Of a DNA stretch of 47,462 nt, positions 1-7,949 are shown in pieces. The translations under genes were made by a program, and so were the position numbers. The stretch comes from Candidatus Woesearchaeota archaeon (lineage in GTDB: Archaea > Nanobdellota > Nanobdellia > Pacearchaeales > GW2011-AR1): contig CAYIRC010000003.1 in assembly GCA_964365855.1 (NCBI GenBank), positions 2,629 through 50,090 on the forward strand, in the 5' to 3' direction. The number at the start of each line of letters is the position of its first letter. Positions within the stretch are counted from its first letter, which is position 1. The notes under the pieces are model-generated. The model saw only the letters and a program-made list of their open reading frames with translations, had not been told where the DNA came from and searched no databases.

Positions 1-31
1 TCAAGATGCATCGTCAAGCATCTTGACATAA

Positions 32-382
32 CTAAAAGCTCTCTGTAATTGAATCAAGTATGCCTCTTTTTCTTAATTGATTTATTGCAGAAAAATTATA
101 TTTGTAAATAACATCACCCTTCTCATCATCATCTGCCCACGGTTTGATTAAAACAATATCTTTTGGCCTTAGCCACAAGCTTCTTTTATATCTTCCTGGA
201 ACACGGCAGTTTCTTGTTTTGCCATTAGTAGATTTAACTTCCATTCTATTTCCTCCGAGTCTTTGAATAATAACTCCAATTACCTCGCCGTTTCTGGGCA
301 TTCTAACTCTCGTAGACTCATCACTCTCCTTAACTTCTTCGCCTTCACTCTCTGTCTCTTCAAAATCCCCAAACTTTCCCAT
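32..382 (-). CDS. eif1a: Translation initiation factor aIF-1A
   Basis: RVRMP..GEVIGVIIQRLGGNRMEV..G..RNCRVPGR...LWLRPKDIVLIKPW...KGDVIYKY OB-fold signature. Confidence 0.95.
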   Translation of the reverse strand: MGKFGDFEETESEGEEVKESDESTRVRMPRNGEVIGVIIQRLGGNRMEVKSTNGKTRNCRVPGRYKRSLWLRPKDIVLIKPWADDDEKGDVIYKYNFSAINQLRKRGILDSITESF

Positions 383-413
383 TGTATTAATTGGTTAGAA
401 TTGCTTTTTAAAC

Positions 414-1046
414 CTATTTTATTTTTATGTATCTCTCTATCTTAAAAATGTCTTCATGGATTTTGCTGGAATCATAAGCATCATAATCCATATGCATTGC
501 ATTTTTATTCTTAAAAAGGGGCTTTTTCCCAAAAAAAACAATTCCAGCATTAGAAACTTTTCTTTGGCTTCCTTTGTAAAAGTCAATATCATGCCACCGT
601 TCTTCCAGCTCCCTATAAGTCAAATAAGCAATCAAAATCGTGCTGGGATCATTGAAATAAATTCTTTTATTATCATACCCCATAGCAACAACAAAATGCC
701 CGTCAGTCCACGATTTTTTCAAATCTTTCTCTCTTTTTTCAGGCCAGGCTTGAATTTGCAGAACTACAGGAATTTTTTTGTCGATATATCTCTTTAAATC
801 ACTAATTGTTAATCCGCTCCAGTAGCATTTATATTTTAAGCCCACTTTTTTTGCAACATTAATAAGCCCAAAAAAAGAGGTTCCAGTCTTGCCATGTGTT
901 TCAACTAATCTAATCATGTCTTTTTCGCTAATGTCCATTCCATAATAAGCCATAACTGAATGCATTGCACTTGCCCCGCAGTCATAATAAAAAGTTTGCC
1001 TAAAATTCGGGAAATCTATCAAACTTTTTAGTTTTACAGTTTTCAT
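414..1046 (-). CDS. C39-like cysteine peptidase
   Basis: RQTFYYDCG (Q..C), GHFVVAMGYD, FNDP catalytic-triad pattern. Confidence 0.85.
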   Translation of the reverse strand: MKTVKLKSLIDFPNFRQTFYYDCGASAMHSVMAYYGMDISEKDMIRLVETHGKTGTSFFGLINVAKKVGLKYKCYWSGLTISDLKRYIDKKIPVVLQIQAWPEKREKDLKKSWTDGHFVVAMGYDNKRIYFNDPSTILIAYLTYRELEERWHDIDFYKGSQRKVSNAGIVFFGKKPLFKNKNAMHMDYDAYDSSKIHEDIFKIERYIKIK

Positions 1047-1208
1047 ATTCCTCTCTTCTAAAAAAATAAATTAAAGAGGTTTATTAAGATATCGTTTTGC
1101 CAATCAAAAAAACTCTGATAAGTTTGTTAGTTTTTTGGATGCCTGAAAATCTCTGATTTTCCTGTGCTCATAACAAAGCCTTAAATATAAGAAAAAACTA
1201 AAATAAAA

Positions 1209-1721
1209 ATGATTGAAGGAAGATTTTCTGGTGAAAAAATACTGTCAAGTTCTCAAGATGCCTTTGCATTGTATGAAAAGTCAAGATTTGGTGAAAAAAA
1301 AGCAAAAAAAATTGAATATGCACCGGTCGAGGCTTTATTTTTGTTGTCAGAAGAAAAAATGAGAATAATTGCAGGTAAAAAAGAAATTTCTGAGGATGAA
1401 TTAATAAAAAAACTCAGAAGATTAGACAAAAAAATAGAAACAAAATTCCAGGTATTTAGCGATTTAAGGAAAAGAGGGTATATAGCTAAAACTGCCCTTA
1501 AGTTTGGAGCAGAATTCAGAATATATGAAAAAGGAGTGAAGCCTGGCGAAGACCACGCAAAATGGATTCTGTATACTGTAAAAGAAAATGATGCATTAAC
1601 TTGGCATGACTTTGCAGCTAAAAATCGTGTTGCCCATTCAACCCAAAAAAATCTTCTAATTGGAATAGTAGATGATGAAGGCGATGTCTCATACTATGAG
1701 ATATCCTGGTTAAGGCCGTAA
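1209..1721 (+). CDS. endA: tRNA-splicing endonuclease (single-unit type)
   Basis: VFSDLRKRGY..K...KFGAEFRIY, DHAKW, RVAHSTQK; Tyr-His-Lys triad present. Confidence 0.93.
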   Translation: MIEGRFSGEKILSSSQDAFALYEKSRFGEKKAKKIEYAPVEALFLLSEEKMRIIAGKKEISEDELIKKLRRLDKKIETKFQVFSDLRKRGYIAKTALKFGAEFRIYEKGVKPGEDHAKWILYTVKENDALTWHDFAAKNRVAHSTQKNLLIGIVDDEGDVSYYEISWLRP

Positions 1722-1762
1722 AATACAATAATATTTATAACATCAGCCTCTCTTCTAAAAAA

Positions 1763-2749
1763 ATGCCGGATATTCAAAAGTTGAATGAAAATAAAGAGAG
1801 GATAATAAGCAATCTTAGGATACGTGGCCCAAGTCTTCCAATTCATATTGCTCGCACGATAAGTGTAAGCCCGTTATTTGCTTCTGCATTTCTTTCAGAA
1901 TTATATGCTGAAGATAAAATAAAAATAAGTCATATAAGAGTAGGTAGTTCTCCTTTATATTTCCTATCAGGACAAGAGCCACTTTTAGAAAATTTTATTG
2001 AGTATCTAAACCATAAAGAAAAAGAAGCTTTTTCAGTTTTAAAGAAAAATTTAGTATTAGATGACAATGAGCAAGAGCCGGCAATTAGAGTAGCATTGAG
2101 AGCAATAAAAGATTTTGCAGTGCCGATAAAAGTAAAAATAAATGAAGAAAGTAAATTATTTTGGAAATATTTTCAGCTCTCTGACCAGGATGTAAAAGAA
2201 GAAATTCAAAAGATTTTGGCAGAGCCAAAAAAAGAAGAGATTAAAAAAATTAAATCAGAAGAAAAAATAGAGCCTAAAGAACCAGAAGTCAAGTTAAAAC
2301 TTGAAGAAAAATTGATTCCAGGACAGATTATAGAAAAATCACTGCAAGCTATTGAAAAAGAGTTCAGTGAGCAAGATAAAGAAAAAAAGGAATCTAAAGA
2401 AAAATTCGAGAAAAAGAAAAGACAAAAAGACAAAACATATGATTTTCCGTCCAATATCAAAGGTTATTTAACAGCAAAAGATATTGAAATATTAAGCTCA
2501 ATATTAGAGAAAAAGAAAGAATTTACTGCAAAAATCAGAATAGACACCCTCTTTGGAAAACAGGAATTCTATCTTATTGCAAAAGACAAGAAGAAAGTAA
2601 ATGAAGATGACTTAACTCTTGCGCTTCAAAGGGCGCAATCAGAAAAAATGCCTGCAATCTTTATGTCATCAGGCGAGCTTGATAAAAAAGCAAAAGAGTA
2701 TCTTTCTGGCTGGAGTAGTTTAATTAAATTTGAAAGAATAAAGTTCTGA
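1763..2749 (+). CDS. Hypothetical protein with N-terminal winged-helix-like region and charged linker
   Basis: GPSLPIHIA...FASAFLSEL...VGSSPLY wHTH-like pattern; 328-aa ORF. Confidence 0.6.
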   Translation: MPDIQKLNENKERIISNLRIRGPSLPIHIARTISVSPLFASAFLSELYAEDKIKISHIRVGSSPLYFLSGQEPLLENFIEYLNHKEKEAFSVLKKNLVLDDNEQEPAIRVALRAIKDFAVPIKVKINEESKLFWKYFQLSDQDVKEEIQKILAEPKKEEIKKIKSEEKIEPKEPEVKLKLEEKLIPGQIIEKSLQAIEKEFSEQDKEKKESKEKFEKKKRQKDKTYDFPSNIKGYLTAKDIEILSSILEKKKEFTAKIRIDTLFGKQEFYLIAKDKKKVNEDDLTLALQRAQSEKMPAIFMSSGELDKKAKEYLSGWSSLIKFERIKF

Positions 2750-2787
2750 TAAAAAGCTTTAAATAAGCAAAATTCGGCTCAATAACT

Positions 2788-2985
2788 ATGGGAAGAATAA
2801 AGTCAACAATGGTAAAGAAAGCAGCCAAGCAGCTGCTTCAGGGAGAGCATATTTTTACAAGTAGTTTTGACAAAAATAAAAGAGTATTAAACCAAACAAT
2901 GCCTAGCAAGCCAATAAGAAACAAAATAGCAGGCTATATAGCAAGATTAATGAGAGCACAGAAAGCTAAATCACAAAGTCCCTGA
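2788..2985 (+). CDS. rps17e: 30S ribosomal protein S17e
   Basis: MGRIK...VKK.A..L, F..NK, SKPIRNKIAGYI. Confidence 0.95.
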   Translation: MGRIKSTMVKKAAKQLLQGEHIFTSSFDKNKRVLNQTMPSKPIRNKIAGYIARLMRAQKAKSQSP

Positions 2986-3050
2986 ATTTGTCCGTGGACT
3001 TTGGTAGACAGAAAATTATGATTTTCTTGTGATCAAGTTCCTTGACATAA

Positions 3051-3275
3051 TTATCTCTTTTTGCTTAATTTAGTGTTTATTTCTTCAAGGAGTTCCCTAA
3101 TCTTTTTAATTTCACGCCTTTTTTTTCTGTTCCAAAATATGTTTATAATATTAAAAACTATGTAAGCAACAACCAAGCCTCCTATTGCTTGAAAAATAGT
3201 CATTAGCGTAGAAACTTGTGTTAAAATATCTTCAACATTAATGCTTGTTATATTGGGTATATTTTCTAATACCAT
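3051..3275 (-). CDS. Small single-TM protein
   Basis: Hydrophobic helix followed by basic amphipathic tail. Confidence 0.6.
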   Translation of the reverse strand: MVLENIPNITSINVEDILTQVSTLMTIFQAIGGLVVAYIVFNIINIFWNRKKRREIKKIRELLEEINTKLSKKR

Positions 3276-3367
3276 GAAAAGTCAAAGCAGGGCTTATTTT
3301 TAAAGCTTAAGATGCACCTTAAACCTCATTTCAAAACCCTTTTAAACCATCCGAAATTGGTATTTTC

Positions 3368-3487
3368 GGCGCTGTAGCTTAGTGGCTAAAGTACCGCTCT
3401 CATGAAATCATAAAGAATCTGGGATTTTCTCGGATATCGAAGATTTGCGACAGGCGGTGATCGGGAGTTCGAATCTCCCCAGCGCCA
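3368..3487 (+). tRNA. CAT-anticodon tRNA (Met or Ile2) with ~47-nt intron at 37/38 (about 3405-3451)
   Basis: GGCGCTG/CAGCGCC acceptor stem, GTTCGAATC T-loop, CCGCT-CT-CAT..A-GGCGG anticodon arm split by an insert forming a relaxed BHB. Confidence 0.85.
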
Positions 3488-3810
3488 TTTGCTTTGTTTC
3501 TAGAAAATCAGTAAATCTTTTTTTGTGCTTGGGATTTATAAAACCAATAACTTTGTCAAAAAGAAGTAGATTTTTCAAACCGTTAAATTGGAATCTGTAT
3601 TGATCTTGAATCATGCCTCAATCTAAAATGGCTCTCTTTTTGTCTCAATTCTTTTAAAAGAGGAGATACAACATTTTCAAAAAAAAGAAGGTCATCATCT
3701 AATCCACAAGTGATTACCACAAATTTCTTCTTGTTTACCAAGCTAAGACAGCCATCCCCAAGAAGAATTCCATAAAAAATTGCTGAATTTGAATTTATTG
3801 AGAGTGCCAT
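3408..3810 (-). pseudogene. Degenerate free-standing LAGLIDADG endonuclease (two frames, probably internally deleted)
   Basis: FYGILLGDG motif in 3583-3810; C-terminal-like FQFNG....IGFINPKH in 3408-3614, which reads antisense into the tRNA. Confidence 0.75.
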
Positions 3811-3825
3811 ATAATATTGTATTTA

Positions 3826-3894
3826 TAGTCAAGGACATTAATATTTCTGCAGTTTGTCGTTGACTAGATAGGGAAAGACTTATGTCTTTCACTA
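3826..3894. mobile_element. 69-bp MITE-like element, copy 1
   Basis: Identical to 41927-41995; TA on both sides; imperfect terminal inverted repeats TAGTCAAGGA / TCTTTCACTA. Confidence 0.85.
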
Positions 3895-3936
3895 TAAGTA
3901 ATTTTTATATATTTGTTTTCATTAAACAGTAGGCAG

Positions 3937-3954
3937 TTTCCCCGGTGCCATTTG
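3937..3954 (+). repeat. Degenerate duplicate of tRNA 3' end
   Basis: TTTCCCCGGTGCCATTTG vs TCTCCCCAGCGCCATTTG (3474-3491), 15/18. Confidence 0.6.
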
Positions 3955-4003
3955 GATATTCGAAATAAAAAGAATTTTTAAAGCAAAAAAGCTATGAATT
4001 CTG

Positions 4004-7000
4004 ATGAAAAAAGAGAAGGCGAGAAAGACAAAGTGGGTTCTTGCAGTTCAGGCAATAATTCTCATAGGATTCTTCATTTTGGCATTTGGCTTTTTATCAA
4101 CAAAAAAGCAAATATTGGGCTTTGTAGTCTACCAGTCCCAGCCATCGCCTGACGAGGGAAAAGATACATACATAAGGCAGAATTCAGACGTAAATTTCGG
4201 CACAGATACAACATTAAAAATTGGAAAAACTGCAACTGGAATTGAATTTAGGCCAATTCTGGAATTTAATCTGTCAGCAGTGCCTAACGGCGTAACAATA
4301 ACATCTGCAATTTTGCAGCTTTATACATGGTCAAGCACAGGCAATGCAACTACAGTAAAAGTTTATCGCTTGATTGAGCCATGGAATGAAACAGAAGCTG
4401 GCTGGAATAACAGAACATCATCCGACCTGTGGAATTATGGCTTTTCACCTGGTGGGAGGTATGATGAGTCTGAAATAACTTCTGTTCTTTTAAACCAAAC
4501 AGGATGGTATAATTTTACAATTTTAACAGTAGCAAGAGGATGGCTAAATACTTCATATAACAATTATGGAATTATATTAATTGCATCAAATGCAAACAAT
4601 GGAGACCAGAAAGAGTTTTACTCTTCCGACTACGTGACAGATTCTTCTTTAAGGCCAAAATTATACATAGATTACACAGAAAATGCTCCTCCATCAATTG
4701 AAAATATTCAGGTAAATTCGCTTTTGCCAACTCCTAAGAAAGTAGGTGAAAATGTCACATTCACAATATCATGGTCAGACCTTGAGTCAAACCAAGCAAA
4801 GTTATTTATTTGTAACTCATCATCAATCTCAACATCTAACTGTGCTGGCAGGCAGTTATGTAATGCTTCATTTTCATCAGTAAGTCCATTGTCATGCAAT
4901 TATACAATTGCAGCAACAGATAACAGGACAACTTCATTCTTCGCAGCAGTGTGCGATTTAGGAAATTGCTCATCAGCAAATGAGAGTTATTTTCAAATGA
5001 ATCACCTGCCAACTGTAAATCTTGTCCAGCCAAATTCAGCAGGTATAACAATTAACCAGTCGCAGGGCAGTTATCCTGTTCAGTTTATTATTGCAGATTC
5101 TGATTCAGACTTGGTGAATGCAAGTATTTACTATGGCATAACGCAATATTCAACAAATTCTATTGTTATTGAAAATATAAATACTTCTGCAACAACAACT
5201 TATTTTTGGAACTCAACAGGAATCTACGGGACGTATTATCTTACAATTATAATAAATGATACCTATCACACAAATAATGATACTTCAGACAATTCATTTC
5301 AGGTTGTAAGTTTGACAGACAATATTCCTCCAAATATAACTGCACAATGGATTACAGACTCTTATGTTTATTCAGGAAAATCAATTCAGATCTATGCAAA
5401 TGTTTCAGACCCAAACTTAAGAGCTGTGTGGGTTTCAGTCAATATAACCCCCCAACAAAACATTACAATGACAAATTTAACATCAGCAACTTTTAATGCA
5501 ACATTCACCGCGCCAGCCCCTGCAACATATTCTTTCAAAGTTTATGCAAATGATACAATTGGAAATTTTAATAATTCAATGCCCTGGAATAAATTCAATG
5601 TCACAAAGCCATCTGCAGCAAGCCAGAATATAACTGCCCCCGCAGCAACGCTTCCTTTCCATGTCATAAAAGTGACTGCAGAACTTAATGCCACAGATTC
5701 ATTAAGGGATATTTATGCTTATCTTAATATTCCAAATGGTTTCACATTCTTAACAGACTACTCTCAAAATTCTTATCTCGGAAATTTTTCCACAAATGAA
5801 ACCAAAACAGCAACCTGGTTTTTATCAGCACCAATTACAGAAAGCTCTTATAAATTAAATGTGTCTTATACAGATAAATATTCAAATTCATGGAATAGCT
5901 CAAATGCAAATATTTCAATTACTTCTGCAATTGGTGGCGGTTATGCTCTCTCTGTTTCAGGCTACCCTGAAGTTGAAACAGCGCGTAATTATTATGCAGA
6001 AGCTTCATTTATGCAATCAGGATTATATGCAGCTCCTGATTCAGTTTATTTGACAATAAAAGACTCAACAGGAACCATAGTCGTAGGTCCTGTTGCAATG
6101 TCGCAAAAATCAACAGGCATATATAATTATACATATTCTGTCGGCTCTTCTGTTAATGAAGGTTTATGGGAAACAATTGTAAATGCAACAAAATCTTCAA
6201 CAAGTTATTATGCAAACCAGTTCTGGAAAGTTGTTGGCGGCCCATTTGATGTTCGTAATATTGTAGTCAACGACAATACAGTTCCTTTATTGAGCATATC
6301 TGTAACAGCAGAAAATACAGGCGGTGCTAATAAAGACCTGTACTTAACCTGGAATCTTACAAGAACAGACAATAACGCACTTCTTCATTCAGGCGCAGAT
6401 ACAATTGGGGTAAATGCTAGTTCACAAAGAGTATGGACAATATCTCCCCAAACATCTTATGTCGGGCAGGTAAAAATAACTTTCTTGGGAACCTATTCTG
6501 GAACAGAAAAAGCAGGGGCATACGCAATATTCAGTACAACATCTGCTTCAAATGAAACCTCGGTGACACCGTCAGTAACTTCTGGGGGAGGTGGAGCATC
6601 AGTTGTAAATGTAACAAAGCTGGGGAAAAGATCAGATTTTGAAATAAAAGCAGATTCGCAGATATTTCTCACAAAAAATATTGAAAAATCAGTTCAGGTT
6701 GAAATAACCAACACAGGTGAAAAAGAGCTTACAAACATTGAGCTCAAGCTGGCAGGGCTTGAAAAAACAGAATATACTATTACTCCCCAATCACAAAGCT
6801 CATTGCAAAAAGGAAAGACATTAATATTTAATGTAAAAATCATAATTACAGACTGGATTGGCGAAAAAGATTTTACTTATATCGTTAAAGCAAATGAACT
6901 AACAAAATCCTTGCCGGGAAAAATTATAGTCCTTACAATGAGCGAATATTTCCAGCAGGAATTAGCCAGGCTGAAACAGGCTGCGGAAGATTTAAAAGGA

Positions 7001-7384
7001 AAAATTGGCAGTGATGAAAAGCTGTTAGCCCAATTAAACGTATGCGGGGATATTATAAACACTCTTGAAAATAATATAGAAAAAGAGCAATTTATTTACG
7101 CATTAAGCAATGTAAAAGATGCAGATAAATGCTTGTCTGAAATTAAAATAAAAGGAAAAATTATCAGTAGCATCTACAAAAATATTTGGCTGATAATTGG
7201 AATAATTGCAGCTTTAATCATGCTTGTTTCAGTAATCATAATAATCTATCTAATATACAAGAAGCTTAACATATTGGCATTTTTCAGGAATCAGGAGCAA
7301 AAAAAATCAGCTGATAAAAGCTCATTGAAAGATAAATACTTCGACGAGAAAATCAAGCAAATCGAAGACAAATTAAAAGAATAG
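4004..7384 (+). CDS. Membrane-anchored surface glycoprotein with DNRLRE/CBM96-like N-terminal domain and Ig-like repeats
   Basis: N-terminal TM, DTYIRQ...NFG...RPILEFNLS...RPKLYIDY, many N-x-S/T sequons, SGGGG linker, C-terminal TM. Confidence 0.8.
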   Translation: MKKEKARKTKWVLAVQAIILIGFFILAFGFLSTKKQILGFVVYQSQPSPDEGKDTYIRQNSDVNFGTDTTLKIGKTATGIEFRPILEFNLSAVPNGVTITSAILQLYTWSSTGNATTVKVYRLIEPWNETEAGWNNRTSSDLWNYGFSPGGRYDESEITSVLLNQTGWYNFTILTVARGWLNTSYNNYGIILIASNANNGDQKEFYSSDYVTDSSLRPKLYIDYTENAPPSIENIQVNSLLPTPKKVGENVTFTISWSDLESNQAKLFICNSSSISTSNCAGRQLCNASFSSVSPLSCNYTIAATDNRTTSFFAAVCDLGNCSSANESYFQMNHLPTVNLVQPNSAGITINQSQGSYPVQFIIADSDSDLVNASIYYGITQYSTNSIVIENINTSATTTYFWNSTGIYGTYYLTIIINDTYHTNNDTSDNSFQVVSLTDNIPPNITAQWITDSYVYSGKSIQIYANVSDPNLRAVWVSVNITPQQNITMTNLTSATFNATFTAPAPATYSFKVYANDTIGNFNNSMPWNKFNVTKPSAASQNITAPAATLPFHVIKVTAELNATDSLRDIYAYLNIPNGFTFLTDYSQNSYLGNFSTNETKTATWFLSAPITESSYKLNVSYTDKYSNSWNSSNANISITSAIGGGYALSVSGYPEVETARNYYAEASFMQSGLYAAPDSVYLTIKDSTGTIVVGPVAMSQKSTGIYNYTYSVGSSVNEGLWETIVNATKSSTSYYANQFWKVVGGPFDVRNIVVNDNTVPLLSISVTAENTGGANKDLYLTWNLTRTDNNALLHSGADTIGVNASSQRVWTISPQTSYVGQVKITFLGTYSGTEKAGAYAIFSTTSASNETSVTPSVTSGGGGASVVNVTKLGKRSDFEIKADSQIFLTKNIEKSVQVEITNTGEKELTNIELKLAGLEKTEYTITPQSQSSLQKGKTLIFNVKIIITDWIGEKDFTYIVKANELTKSLPGKIIVLTMSEYFQQELARLKQAAEDLKGKIGSDEKLLAQLNVCGDIINTLENNIEKEQFIYALSNVKDADKCLSEIKIKGKIISSIYKNIWLIIGIIAALIMLVSVIIIIYLIYKKLNILAFFRNQEQKKSADKSSLKDKYFDEKIKQIEDKLKE

Positions 7385-7411
7385 ACTTATCCAGTATAAG
7401 GCAAATGGGTT

Positions 7412-7669
7412 ATGAAGCTCTATTCTGGAAGGCTGACTGATTTCAGGGATATAACTGCATTGGCAAAAGATGCTAATCTTGAAATAATACGGAAGTTTTT
7501 ATTTATCGGCAATCAAGAAGTTTTGAATAAAAATTTCAAGAGACTTGAAAAAGCAGTCAAGGATAAAAATTTCATAGATTCATTTAAAGGTGTGTTTATA
7601 GAAAAGAAATTTGACATTGATATGAAGCAGGTTGAGAAGATTAGCAGGTTGAGAAAATTTGCTAAATAA
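7412..7669 (+). pseudogene. C-terminal fragment of an AbiEii/DUF6036-like nucleotidyltransferase
   Basis: Starts at MKLYSGRLTDFRDI (K....R..D..D motif that is normally internal); no room upstream for the N-terminal part. Confidence 0.55.
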
Positions 7670-7749
7670 ACCTCTTCGCAACAGGCTGCGGAGCATAATG
7701 ATTAATCAAAAAAGATTAGGAGATGGAAATTCTAATCGCCCTTAACTTA

Positions 7750-7790
7750 TAGCAACTGACTTTAATATTTCCTCAGACTGTCAGTTGCTA
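7750..7790. repeat. TA-flanked 41-bp hairpin related to the MITE's left hairpin
   Basis: TAGCAACTGAC-N19-GTCAGTTGCTA perfect stem; loop shares TTAATATTTC..CAG with the MITE. Confidence 0.75.
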
Positions 7791-7861
7791 TATTCGAGAG
7801 AACAAAAAGGAGAAAGGAGATATTTTGGTCTCTCGTTATAGCAGTTCAATTATTTTTATTG

Positions 7862-7949
7862 CTCCAATTGGGTCTAATACCCCGTAGCTTGCTGCGATAT
7901 TTTTTCGTTCCCAATTGGAGGCTTAAAGAATACCTCCTAGCTTGCTGTG
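7862..7949. repeat. REP/IS200-IS605-end-like palindrome cluster
   Basis: ATACCCCGTAGCTTGCTGCG and ATACCTCCTAGCTTGCTGTG, the first enclosed by CTCCAATTGGG/CCCAATTGGAG; related copy at 46166-46192. Confidence 0.6.

Noticed and set aside
1-30. TCAAGATGC/GCATCTTGA hairpin after aIF-1A
   Set aside because: Truncated by the window edge. It may be a terminator or a repeat end (it shares CTTGACATAA with 3041-3050) but cannot be classified.
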